This document shows, in pieces, positions 26,152 through 38,004 of a stretch of DNA of 49,500 nt. The number at the start of each line of letters is the position of its first letter. The first letter of the stretch is position 1. The notes beneath the pieces are model-generated. The model saw only the letters and a list, made by a program, of their open reading frames with translations, searched no databases and was not told the origin of the DNA. A program made the position numbers and the translations under genes. The stretch comes from Rotaria socialis (Eukaryota), in contig CAJNYD010000253.1 of assembly GCA_905331295.1 (NCBI GenBank), positions 124,001 through 173,500 of the forward strand. Reading direction: 5' to 3'.

Positions 26152-28471
26152 TCAAAATTTGAATGGACCTTGCTGACTCGTTGGTGCAGTTACAGTAGTT
26201 GTCGATGTGCCGAATTCAAATGGGCGAGATTCTCCTTGCTATTGGAAAATAAAATAATTAAAAATAGCAATTTCATTGAAATCTTATATTTACCGCCGGA
26301 AGATGTTCGTCTTCATCCACGCCGAAATATGTTTCAATAAGATGAAAAGCTTTTTGATAGATTTCAATGTTCTCATGACTTTGTAGATACTCAATTTTAT
26401 CCAAACCGTAACATTCTTCAATCATCATAGCATATGCATTTTGACCGTTGTTTAGTTTACTTTCAGCTGCGCCCGTTTTAAGTATATTATCAAGACCATT
26501 CAGAGCTACTTGAATTATTTTAGCATCAATAACGCTCAACAAGTCACACAATGGCGGAATAGCTCCTTGTTCGATAATATATCTAAACAAATTGAATAAA
26601 GAAAAAACAAAAAGTTCAAACCAAAACAAGGTCCTACTTGATTTGTTGCGCTGAGCCGCCAGATGTTGCATTTGTAATAGCCCAAGCTGCTTCTTTGCGT
26701 GTTTTATGATCGCCGTGTTTAAGAATATTGATCAACGAGGAAAATATATTAGCATCAATGACAGCCTGAAAGAGAATTTCTTCTCGGTTAATTAGAAAAG
26801 AACATGCGTAAATATTCATAGACTTTCGAAATCCGAATTTAAGAGTTTATTAAAATTACTAGAATTTTAGTTAGCAAGTGTTCAGAAGCTACTTACTTGA
26901 ATTTGACCTTGGACACCAGCGGTTATGTTCGATAATGTCCAACAGGCTTCTTTTTTGATTGATTCTTTCGTACTATTAAGTAATGCTAACAGATGTGGAA
27001 GAACACCAGCATCAAGAACAGCCTATGGACATAAGGTCATATATATTTATTGTTCTGATATTAAATTCGATATAATCACCTGTGTTTGATGATCATCACC
27101 AGTAACAATGTTACCTACGGCACGTAGTGCAGATGATTGAACATTCAAAACTGGATGTCTAATAATAATAATAATAAACGTTAAATTGGTCTAATCTTTA
27201 GCAAATAAATATTTACACTAAAAGTTCAACAAGTCGTCGGATGTCAACAACGTTAATAACAGCCTGAATTTTTTCGTTGGGCCCATCAGATAAATATGAA
27301 ACAGCCCAGCAAGTATCAGCCAATACATCGGCATCGTAATTATGCAGTAGTTGACTGAGTACAGGCAATGCTGGAGCAACCTGAAAGATACCATAAAAGC
27401 AAAATGAGTTTTTGCTTTCAAAATTTCTTATTTCAATTACTTTATTAAAATCAACAGCTGGATTTTTGCCACGACATAGATTCGATAAGCACCACACTGC
27501 ATTACGTGCCATTGTCAACCGAGTATGGCGAGTAAAGATACTGAAAAAATCGCAAAAAGTACTTTAAAATAACAACAATTTATTTATATTTACGTGAGTA
27601 GCGGTTGAAGTACTTCAGTACTAAGAACATAGTCACGACAATCGGGACTATCGCCAGCAATGTTACCAAGCGCCCAAACAGCCTAAAAAAAAGCAAATGT
27701 ATATGTTTTATATAAAAACAAATATTTACTTGTTCTTGAACGTCTTCATTCGAACTGCTTAATAATTGAACAAAGACCGGTACTGCACCTGCATCAATAA
27801 CATATTTCGTTTGACTTGAATTGCCCGATGCGATATTGGTCAACGCCCATGCGGCTTCGAACTAAATTGAACATTAGATATTTCTAAACAAATACATATA
27901 TGTTTGTAAACATACTTGAACTTGAAAATGTTCAAATAGTAATAATTGAACAAATCGAGGCACTATACCAGCTGTAATCACTTCATCAATAGGTGGATTT
28001 GGTTCTAGAATCAAAATCTCATATCACTATTTTGCGAAATTCTGTAAAAATAAATACCTTTTGAAAGTAATTTTCGAAAACGAACAGTTGCATCAAGCAT
28101 CTGTTGTACATCATCGCCATATAATGCAGCTACCATCTGACTAGTGATAACCTATAGAAAAAAAATCGACAATCATATTTTCACACTTCAATCCAATTTT
28201 CTTGCTGGTTCTATTGGTCCTATGTTCGAGATAGCTTCGGTAGTAGCAGGAAATGAAATTGGTGTTTCTTGTTCACTTGTACTGGCTATATTTCGCCGTT
28301 TGAAATGCTAGAAGAAATATAATATAGAAAAATTCTTCTATTATCTTGGTAAACCTGTTCTGCTCGTTTTTCTTTTCGTAGTGAAAGAGTAAGATCTTCA
28401 CGTCGCTTGCGTAATTCTTCACTATCGAGTGCTGTATTTTTATAAGTTTTCTTTCGCGTGTTATTCGACAT
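26152..28471 (-). CDS. Importin subunit alpha, alpha-1 subfamily (KPNA1/5/6-like), multi-exon
   Basis: IBB domain YKN...[22 protein letters not shown] motifs [82 protein letters not shown]; ends GPFKF*. Confidence 0.96.
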
Positions 28472-28602
28472 CGTTCAATTATGTAGGATATTATATCTGA
28501 AATTTAGATACGAGAACATATAGGCTATATTTTGTTTTATACATAATGTGAAATACAAAAAAGAAAACAACAAGAAGAACTGTTGACTATACGAGTATTA
28601 AA

Positions 28603-29229
28603 TTAAACTTTTAATCCTTTTGCTCGTTGCTCTTCGATTGATAGATAGACATCAGGTGGTGTCCATGTTGATGCACCGGTTACATCATTCCAATAAAATG
28701 ATTCTTGTGTTTCAGTTTTCGATTCATACCAAGTACCTTTCTTATCATGATTGGTACTTGTTGGTTTTGCTTCTGGCTGTTGTTCAGGAGTTTTGACTTC
28801 GTCAGTTGGTGTTTCAATAGCTTCATAAACTGGCTTCGGTGTTGGAGTTTTAATAACAAATTTTGGCTTTTTACATTGTACTTGTACAGGTTGATTTAAT
28901 GGTCGTTTAAGTTTCGAAGGAAGATTTGGATCTGTTGTTGTGGAATTATTTGCTTGATTGTAGTTTGAACCATTGATTGTAGTAGATGCCATATCACGAC
29001 GAAACGATTCATTAGCAGCACGTTCCATTTTACCAAGTGTTTGACTTAGTTGTTTATCTTGACGTTCTTTTTCTAAGCTATTCTTACGTAGTAGATCCAG
29101 TTTAGCTTTCACATTACTCTTGTGATGATTTCCACTTTCGTGAAGATCAATGCTGATTTTATTTCCAGCTAACCAACATTTACAAAATGTACAAAAATGT
29201 CGTTCGCCTGATTTCCAAAATTCAGTCAT
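28603..29229 (-). CDS. WBP4: WW domain-binding protein 4 (FBP21)-like; U1-type zinc finger plus WW domain, intronless
   Basis: MTEFWKS...FCTFCKCW...HESGNHHK zinc finger; WYE...FYWNDVTGASTWTPP WW domain. Confidence 0.9.
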   Translation of the reverse strand: MTEFWKSGERHFCTFCKCWLAGNKISIDLHESGNHHKSNVKAKLDLLRKNSLEKERQDKQLSQTLGKMERAANESFRRDMASTTINGSNYNQANNSTTTDPNLPSKLKRPLNQPVQVQCKKPKFVIKTPTPKPVYEAIETPTDEVKTPEQQPEAKPTSTNHDKKGTWYESKTETQESFYWNDVTGASTWTPPDVYLSIEEQRAKGLKV

Positions 29230-30075
29230 ATTGCTTGTGAATAAAGTAATACGTAAAATTGAGTAACTAAATCACACAAAACTTTGATACGAATGACGCA
29301 AGTACGGTGCAAAAAAGGTATGAGCGACACAGCGGTGATTGTTATGGATGTGACCAATATTGAAAAGGCTGCAGATTCGTTTTGATCTTTTTTCTTTTAC
29401 TTCTGGTTGGACAAGACTATCTGCGGAGAGGATTTGAGAAAAATCAATGAATCGTTTAATGAGTAACCTTTGGTTGGGAAGTGTTAGCAATAGGACAATA
29501 ATATTCAAAGTAAAATATCCTATAAATTTATTCGAGAAAATTTTTAATTGAAATCTTATTATTATTTATTTTTTCGAAATAATTAAAAATATTTAAAAAA
29601 GAATCACATGTAGTATAGATGTCGCACTTGGCTGACTTCATTGGATTTTCTAAAAAAAGCATGAAGTGCTATGACGTTGAAACGAGCGGGGGATTTTCCG
29701 CTAGTACTTCTTGTCATGTCTGTATGTGATGCGTGATATCTATGTAACATGGTTGCCCTTCGTTGACGGGGGAAGATTGTCATAGTTAAGATTTTTTTCT
29801 GATTTGATATCACAATAATAAATTTAATTTAAATCAAAAATGAATTTTTTTCGTATCAAAAGGTGTGAATATGAGCGTAGGTGCAGGTCGTTTACACCTA
29901 CATCCTCTATCAATAATAACTATGGTGAACAAATTTCATTATACGTTCTTCACTGTTTAATAAAAGAGTTTGAAATTTGATGAATTACTTTTTTATCGTA
30001 GATTATGTGACAGAAGTGTGGCGTGGATGTGGGTGTTAGGCTTCATGAAAGAAGCAGCGATACCAATACCCACGC

Positions 30076-30319
30076 TAGAGTCTTTCACCGGGTCCACAAC
30101 AATTTCCAGGCCCTGTCAAAGAAGTATCAGTCGTTCCATCATTTTTCATCTTAATAAATTATTTAAGCGTGCATCTTGTAGAGAAATGTTTTCTCTTTCA
30201 TCTCATGTATTTAGAAAAGCAATAGAATGCATCATAACTGAAGTATTTTAATTAAAAAAATCGGCTCCTCACTTGGACCCGGTCAGACCCGAAAAATTTG
30301 GACCCAATGAAGGGCTCTA
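30076..30319. mobile_element. hAT-like MITE (TAGAG...CTCTA)
   Basis: Imperfect TIRs tagagtctttcaccgggtcca / tggacccaatgaagggctcta; 8-bp TSD acccacgc (30068-30075) / acccacac (30320-30327). Confidence 0.8.
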
Positions 30320-30445
30320 ACCCACACCCACACCCAAAAATCTGAGCATACATTACTTAAAGCACATGATTATCCTCTTATAACGATTCTGAATTTATTA
30401 TTATTCATGTTAAGTTCCTAAAAACAGGCGAATTTTTAAAAAAAG

Positions 30446-33400
30446 TTATTTTTCTCGAGGATAATCTTTAAATTTGAAGTCCAATGCTTCGCCAGTGAGG
30501 GTGTTAAAAACATAATGTATTTCAATATTAGTGGATTTATCTAGGGATCTATGTAAATATTGCTTTTTCACCCAACCACCTTCAGGAGACCATCTTGCAT
30601 CACGCAGGACTATATTTTTCAAGGTTTCACCGTTTGCAGCATCTGCTTTTGCAGCCTTCATGGCTATTTGTTCGTTGAGGTTTTTAGGTTCTGTTCTGCC
30701 GGTTGGTTCATACTCAAGTGGCTGTCGTTCACGATAAGAGTCATTATTACGAGACCCTTGATCGCCATTTACACTGTCACTAACAGAGCCGACTCGATTG
30801 CTATTGCTGTCAGACATTGCGCCACTTCTGACAGTAGTGGACTCTCCGTGTTGTTGTTTTTGACTTATATTTCTCATCATAGTTAAAGCATCAATCATTG
30901 TCACTTGCCGATTGTTTTGTTGAACAATTCCTTCTTTCAACTTGATTTGTAAACTCACACCACCGTAAATTTTCAAACCATTCTTTTTCTTTGAACAAAA
31001 TACAGCAGGAACCCACGAACACTCCGAAGTTGAATTGTTTAACTTAAACTGCTTCTCTTCATCAAGATGGACTCCCATATAAACAATCGTCTCCAACACT
31101 TTTGAATATTGTTCTCGTTTATATGTTTCTAATGAATGCACTATAAAGCTGATAAGCTCTACTTTTTGATTGTACAACAACCAATTTAATACCAAGGTTT
31201 TTATTGTGGCCGTTTGATGGGCACAGTGGCATGCTTCACAAATACCTTCTGTTACTTTCTTCAAGTTACTTTTGTCGGCTTCGATTAGTTGTGATCGGAT
31301 TTTGGTCTTTAATTCTTTAATTTGTTCGTATGGAACTTGAGAGTAGGAAATGTTTTGATCACTCAAGCAACTATTGAAAATTCTATTTATTTCGCTATCA
31401 GTTTCACAAGGATACGTTATTTGGTTCCGAATTCTTTGCAAATAATCATTTATTGAATCGAATTCAATATTAATATTATTTATATATTTTTGAATATTTT
31501 CAAATGTTGATCGAATAAATAAAAGTAAAACACCAAGTTTTAATAACTCTTTGAGTCGTAATAATTCAGGAAAATACGAGCCAATTTGATCATAGTATCG
31601 AGTAAACGCTTGGGCGAATTCGCCTTCTGGCGAATGATCGTCATCTAGTTTTGAAACGTCGTCAATCAAATTTCCTTGTTCATCATATTGCATCAATTGC
31701 TTCTTTACATGCATGGGTACATCATCCAGATAATATGTTATAATGTTGTTATTTTCGTCGAATTGATGTTGATAGGCTATTTCGCCTGCTTCAATCCAAA
31801 ATCGATGTACACTATTCATAATTGCGCAATCGTTTCTTTCATCAATCGGTTTTAGTTCCTCTTGCAACCACTCCGGTAGACGCTTCATAAAACCATCAGA
31901 AGCGTCACGAATTTGAAAAGGAGGCTCTGAGCAAACTTCGACACCAGTGGAAATCATTTTCAACAAATAGTCAGCATGCAATAGTGTTGATAAAAAATTT
32001 GTTTTTGATAGACTGCTTGGTCCATAGCGCATCTCTTGAAATGGATGCGACGGAAACTCAACAGCAGGTTGGTCCAATGTGAACAATGAATTTGTTATGC
32101 CTTTTGTTAAAACTTCTTGGACATCATTTGCATCAAACAACCCTTGCTCTTTTGATTGGGCTACTTGAAGCAAAAATTTGATTTTTCCCGTACTAATGTT
32201 GAATGATATGCCATTTACTTTCTTAAACTGAGATTGGCGATCAAGATTTAGAGCATATGTTTTTGTCGGTAACCATCCATCAACAGTTCGTCGTAAATAC
32301 GACCAGTTCAGAAGATTTTGCACGTCTAGCATGCTCCAATGTCGTCTTCTTAGTAACGATTGCATGCAGTTGAATCTTGCAGCGTCAAACGTTTCATTCT
32401 TTATCCAGTCGCACCATACGCCTTCAAATACATAATATTGATATAGATACGGCGCATATAATGTGCCCCCATCACTATTTGCTGAATTTATCAAAAATTT
32501 AGAGAGAAGCTCTTGTCCCACGACTTCAATGTATAACAGATCGTAACTACGTGACAATGGAAGTTGCGAAAGAGGTGATATTCTGGCAAGTAGTATTATA
32601 TTTTTCAACAGTTCGGATAAGATTAGTTTCTGCTGTTTTGTTATCAATAACTGAGTCTGATTTTGATTGCCAGTCAACTGTTTGGTCGATTTGATAGTGA
32701 GTTATTCATAAAAAACATCCAAGTGAAAGGTGGAGGTAAAATATTTCTGGATGTCCATAAGGGAGGAAGGGGTTGATGAAACTGGCCAGGGGAAGAAATA
32801 CGAATTTTAATTGAACCTCTTTTATGGATCACCCTATGGGATTGAAAAAGTTGAGTGGACTTGATCATTAATGTGAACGCTATTTTAAACACATATATTT
32901 CCATATGAGGTGCCAAATATCGTCGTGATAAAGAAAATATTTGAACTACCAGATCAATGATCACATTTCTATAAGCGTATAATTTAGAAGTATCTGAAGT
33001 TTGTTTCATAAGTTCATAGAAATGCAGACTAGCCAAAACAAAATTTGATAAGATACAGGTTAAATCTTTCACTGCCATTGACAGATCAATATAGGATAGA
33101 GCAGCATTCATATGATCGTTTTTCATTTGTTTTATAATGGCTCGTTCATATTTTCGAATCATATTCAACAGTGGCGTCTTCTTAAGACCGTTACCACTTA
33201 ATGTCATGTCTGGTAATTGATCATCAGTTAAGATAGTGTTTGCTAGGTTGCTCGATCCGGTTTGATTCAAATATACTTTGATTGATCTCACATCATCCAC
33301 TAGTGTTTGAACTATTGTTTCATGGAAATAAACTTGTCTCAAAAAGTAATCAACGGCTTCTATAACATCATCAATCGGACAACACAGAAGTGCTTCATGT

Positions 33401-36400
33401 AGCTTAGTCAACGATTGTGAAATATTGTTTTCAAGTTTATATATTTGGGCTTCGATGATATACAGCATTGCTCGATATTTTACAGGAATTAATTCCGATA
33501 TTTTTTGTTTACCTAGACTATCGTTCAACATAATTCTTAAAACTGTTTGTTCACTGATTTGTTCAACAATTTTGACAAAATCTTGTATTGACAAGTAAGT
33601 AGCTGCCTTGATTTTATTGTACAGAATGCCGTTCATATGTACAGTAAATTTTCTATTTAATTCAATTAACTTGGACAAGGATTCACTTGTGAGATTTTCA
33701 TATTGGATGGTGAGATGAAGTCCACCAGCCATAAGTGCATCATAATCAGATGATTCTTCGTCTTTAGCTAGCTCGGTTAGTAAAAATAAGTGAAATTTAA
33801 AAGTTTGATTTCCCATTGATGACACTAGTTCATTTATTTTAATTGTCTCTATCAATAGGCATCTTTTTGTATAATTTGATAAAGGTAAACCTTGATAAAC
33901 ACGATCGATAAAAGTCGATAGAAAACATTCATTGAACTTTGTTCGATGGTAAACCGCAACGTTAAAAAGAAGATTAAAATCTTTGTCATCACACTTTGAA
34001 GCTTGTGTTAAGAGATGACTGCAAATATATAATGATCTTACAAAGCTGCTACGACATTCCAAAGGTTGATCGAAAAACTTTTAGACAAAATATTTGTTCA
34101 AAGATGGTGAGAGATTTTTAGAATGGTCCGAGAAATAATTTAAACTACGAACCCATAGCATTTTGTTTATCCTATTGGTTCTCTTTCGAACATGCTAAAA
34201 GTTGTTGTAGTCGACCGCTTTGTCGAACAAACACTTTTCTAAAAAACATTCTATTGAACTAAGTGTAGATTTTATCCAAGTGCGACTACAAGGACTTCTT
34301 TCAGCATAAAATGCCTTTCGGTTGGCAAGATGATTTCTTAGAAATGAATATTCAGGTAAAAGAGAATTTATTTGGTTTGTTGGTAGGCAAAAATAACTTC
34401 ACATAGTATACATTGTATAGGGTAGCTTCTGATGTATAAATAAAGGCCACAGCTTTTAGCTTTGAGGCACGATAATGAACATACAAAAGCGTGCGGAATA
34501 TTTTCCCAGCATGATTTTTTTATTCTTCAACTGAAACATAGTCTTCGAAGTTCATACTAGAGAAGAACACAAACTTCTTGTTATCATCCGTTAGGAACAC
34601 TTTCAAGCAAATCAGAGGTAAAAAAAACCGTCGTGTCTAAAAACGGGGTTGGTGGAAAACGTAGAAAAGGAAAACGCAGAAAAAAATACTCGAAAGGAAA
34701 ATGTCGAAATGATTAGCTTTATCTTTTTGATGAATGAGATATTTAATCCTTTGTTAATTTAAAATGAAAAAGACTAAAGAAAATTGACAATATAAGTGCA
34801 TCTATTTTTTTCTTTCCAATCAACAATGATAAACCGTACAAATATTAATAATGGTTTACCCTTGTTAGATGTAGAAAACGATATGTCAAAATGCTGGGTT
34901 TTACATGAACTATTTTCAGAATCTAAGTTTGTCGCCATTCTAACAATATATCAATTGAATATTTGAAAATTTTCTTTATTCGATCAGAAATATAATATGT
35001 GAAGCGAAAGAGTGACCAATGCAGTAGCGGATTTAGGAGGTGCGATCACCTCGTCGTACTCCCTTCGATAATTTTTTTTTTATTTTTCCCAGCAAAAACG
35101 AACGAAAAACAAGCTCATACTACCTAGAATATACCTCAAAATGTGTTTTTTGTCTATGATCGCACCCCTTCAGGAAGTCGTACCCCTCTTTCCAAATCCT
35201 AGATCCGTCCCTGCGCCAATCAGAATAAGAAAATAGAATTTCTTTAGTAACATCATTCGAATGTATTCGACATTTTCCTTTTCGATTTTTTCTTCTTCTA
35301 CGTTTTCCACCAAGATCCTAAAAACGTCCCAATCACTCCTTACTTACTTATTTATATTGTCGGAATTACTTTTCAAGTAGCAATTCAATGCTTGCTCATA
35401 TTTTTTCTCATTAAAATAATAGTTTCCTAGTGTTTCCCATTCAATATTTAGCATATTTAATATTTCCATGGCGAATGATTGGTTCGTTTGAAATATATCG
35501 CCACTAAACTGGAGCGATGCGCCATCATTTTTGTCTAAAATTTGTTCCATTTTATTGCATAATAAGACATGTTCCCGCTTCCGCTGCGAATGATAGTTAA
35601 TTTTAAGATTCTTCCAATTGTTGCCAAATTGTACATGTAAGAATACTAAACACCAAATGATTTTTTTACTTTCAGCATTTTGTTTCATTAGCAATGCTGC
35701 ATAATTCATCCAATCTTCTAATTTCGCGTGTGTTGACAATAATACTTTACCTAGGTGAGAAACAATCGGATTTTGTATTTCATAGACTTTCACTAGATTT
35801 TTATGCATTATTTGATTAATAAGCGTTAATATCGTTGCTACTGTCGAGTATTGACTTTGTGAACATAACAGATCGAGATGTTGAATCCATTTATCAATTG
35901 ATAGTTTAGCAGTGTCAAAACAAAACAATGCCAGTTGAAGTTGATGCTTCTGTAAAAATTCTTGACCAATTTTCTTCCAATCGATTGATGCATTATTTTT
36001 TGATTTTATGTATAACAAATATAATAGGCATGCATCGTACTTATTTGCTTCATCCAAAGCAATACATTTTAAAAGTAGATATTCACTATTTAATTTTAAT
36101 ACCATATCGAACAGTAGACTTATTAACGCATTATTATATGAATCATTAATAGAAGATGTTGCCAATGTACAGTATTCAGTAAATCGTTCGTGTAAAAACT
36201 CTCGATCTTTACCATATAATTTTGTGATCACATCAATACAAGTAACTCCAAGTGAGTAATTTTGTTGAAGACATGCCACTGCTATGATATTTAACAGCTC
36301 ATTGTATTCGATTCTTGCATAATAATAGCATTGTAATCCTAACGAATAGTTTTGTAATTGAAAAAAATGTTCTCCTGTTTGTCTATAATAAGATTTTAAA

Positions 36401-37764
36401 TCTTCTGTAGTATATTGTTGCAGAAGAGCTAAATAAATGTTGAGACAGTCGGAAGTACCTATTTGAATTGCTTGTTTGAGACAATTATATATAGTCTTCT
36501 TAGCTATTACTAATTTCTCATCGGCACAGGTTTTGCATATTTTTACTGGTCCAATATAACCCAAATGAGGAACGCTTTCACACAGTTGACAATCAGAGCA
36601 TTGTATTACGCCACATACTTGACAATAATAGCGATGGCGAAAGATATTAAATTTTTTTCCACAATCATGACAATTTGTTTGTGAATTATTAAGAATTACT
36701 TGCGACGGGTTTTGAACTATATAATAAAAATCATCCGCATTGATAGGTCCACTAAGCAGTTGTTGATACTTATAGGACAGCATAGTTTTATCGAATAAAG
36801 GCACTCGTGTTTCTGTGGCCATTTTAGTTATATTTAATGATTTCAAATTAGAATAAAGCGCACTACTGAAACAACTCTCGACCTCTTCAATAATAGTTCT
36901 ATCCGGTAAGTATTGATAACGATTGGCTCCTATTAAGTTAAGTATAACACGCTCGCACTGTCTGTAATTGTCACTGTTATCATCGATATAAATATTTGAT
37001 CTATCAATCAATGACGTTGATTGTACGATTCGAATTGGTTCTTGCATTTGATCTATCATAGTTTTTATACACTGCCACTCAGAACTTGACCATATATAGG
37101 CATAGTCTGTTGGTAAAACGCAGGGCATCCAATCCCAGGTGTTTGATTTTATAGATTTTTTTAATTGTTTGTCGATTTCTGCAATTGCTGCATTTTTAGA
37201 CACTGAAGCATTTTGTGATACTTCAAATAATTTTTTATATGGTTGTGTAACTTGATATTGATGATCATCCAGATTTAGGAAACTTTGTTTACATGTTTGA
37301 CATACATTATAATTGTTAATTTTTCCATTAATATCAAAATAATCATCAAATTGTTTCAGTGTAGCACTTAGAACTGTACTCAATTCCTCATGAAAATTAT
37401 CTTGAATATTCAAACGTTCATATTCGTTTGACCAAGTAATTATTTTTTCGGAATAATTTTCTGACCATTTTTTGCCCATTTGCAGTTGTGCCCGTTCACT
37501 ATGTTTGCCAAATATGACATCATTGTCATCATCATCATCATTATCATCTAAGTCCATGTTTGCGTTGTATTCATTACGAGTGACTTCATTTGCAAGAGTT
37601 TCATATGCTTTCTGAAGAACTTTAAACATTTCAGTTGCATGCGGGTCTGAGTTTCTATCCGGATGAAGTACCAGAGCTTGTTTTCGATAAGCCTGCGCAA
37701 TCGTTTTCATCGATGCACTTGGGTCAACACCAAGAACTTGGTAATGATTTTCTTCTTTGTTCAT
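30446..37764 (-). CDS. Giant multidomain protein gene (DnaJ, FYVE-like Zn finger, helical/TPR-like, DUF1598-like, linker, bacterial polymorphic-toxin-like tip); interrupted, possibly pseudogenising
   Basis: Three long same-strand ORFs (37818-35344, 34062-32674, 32677-30446). J domain with intact HPD (about 37565-37750). Eight-Cys finger CHDC..RHRYYCQVCG..CSDC..ICKTC (about 36525-36675). HADYLLK, RFWI and FAQAFTRYYD motifs (about 31590-31985). C-terminal TGRTEP.NLNEQ...D.RW...GWVK...EIHYVFN..TG...DFKFKD. ATG at 37764 follows an AG acceptor. Confidence 0.75.
32697..32834. mobile_element. 138-bp MITE flanked by TA, inserted in coding sequence
   Basis: Imperfect TIRs gtgagttattcataaaa / ttttatggatcaccc with TA at 32695-96 and 32835-36. 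Removing 140 bp fuses the two ORFs in frame (QSH-IKSTKQLTGNQ). Confidence 0.85.
34646..35317. mobile_element. Non-autonomous TIR element, Mutator-like
   Basis: About 60-bp TIRs (ttggtggaaaacgtagaa...ggaaaatgtcgaa at both ends) flanked by the direct repeat ctaaaaacg at 34637-34645 and 35318-35326. Confidence 0.82.
35022..35213. mobile_element. hAT-like MITE (CAG...CTG) nested in the Mutator-like element
   Basis: TIRs cagtagcggatttagga / tcctagatccgtccctg; degenerate 8-bp TSD gaccaatg / cgccaatc. Confidence 0.72.
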
Positions 37765-38004
37765 TTTTTTCTGCAAATTAAAAGAACTCACTAAACTATT
37801 CAGAAAAAAAGATTCCATACAGGATCAAGATGCTTAAAGTACAACCCACGATTCGACCAAGTTTGGTCGATATGAAAACTAGATGGTATCCCAGTTGCAC
37901 TCGTATACGAAATGCGATGCAAAGTAGGAATACGGATTTTCACGAAAAATCCTCAATTCAGAGAAATCTTGAATGCATTCATCTTCTGTTTCAATGAGTT
38001 TTCT

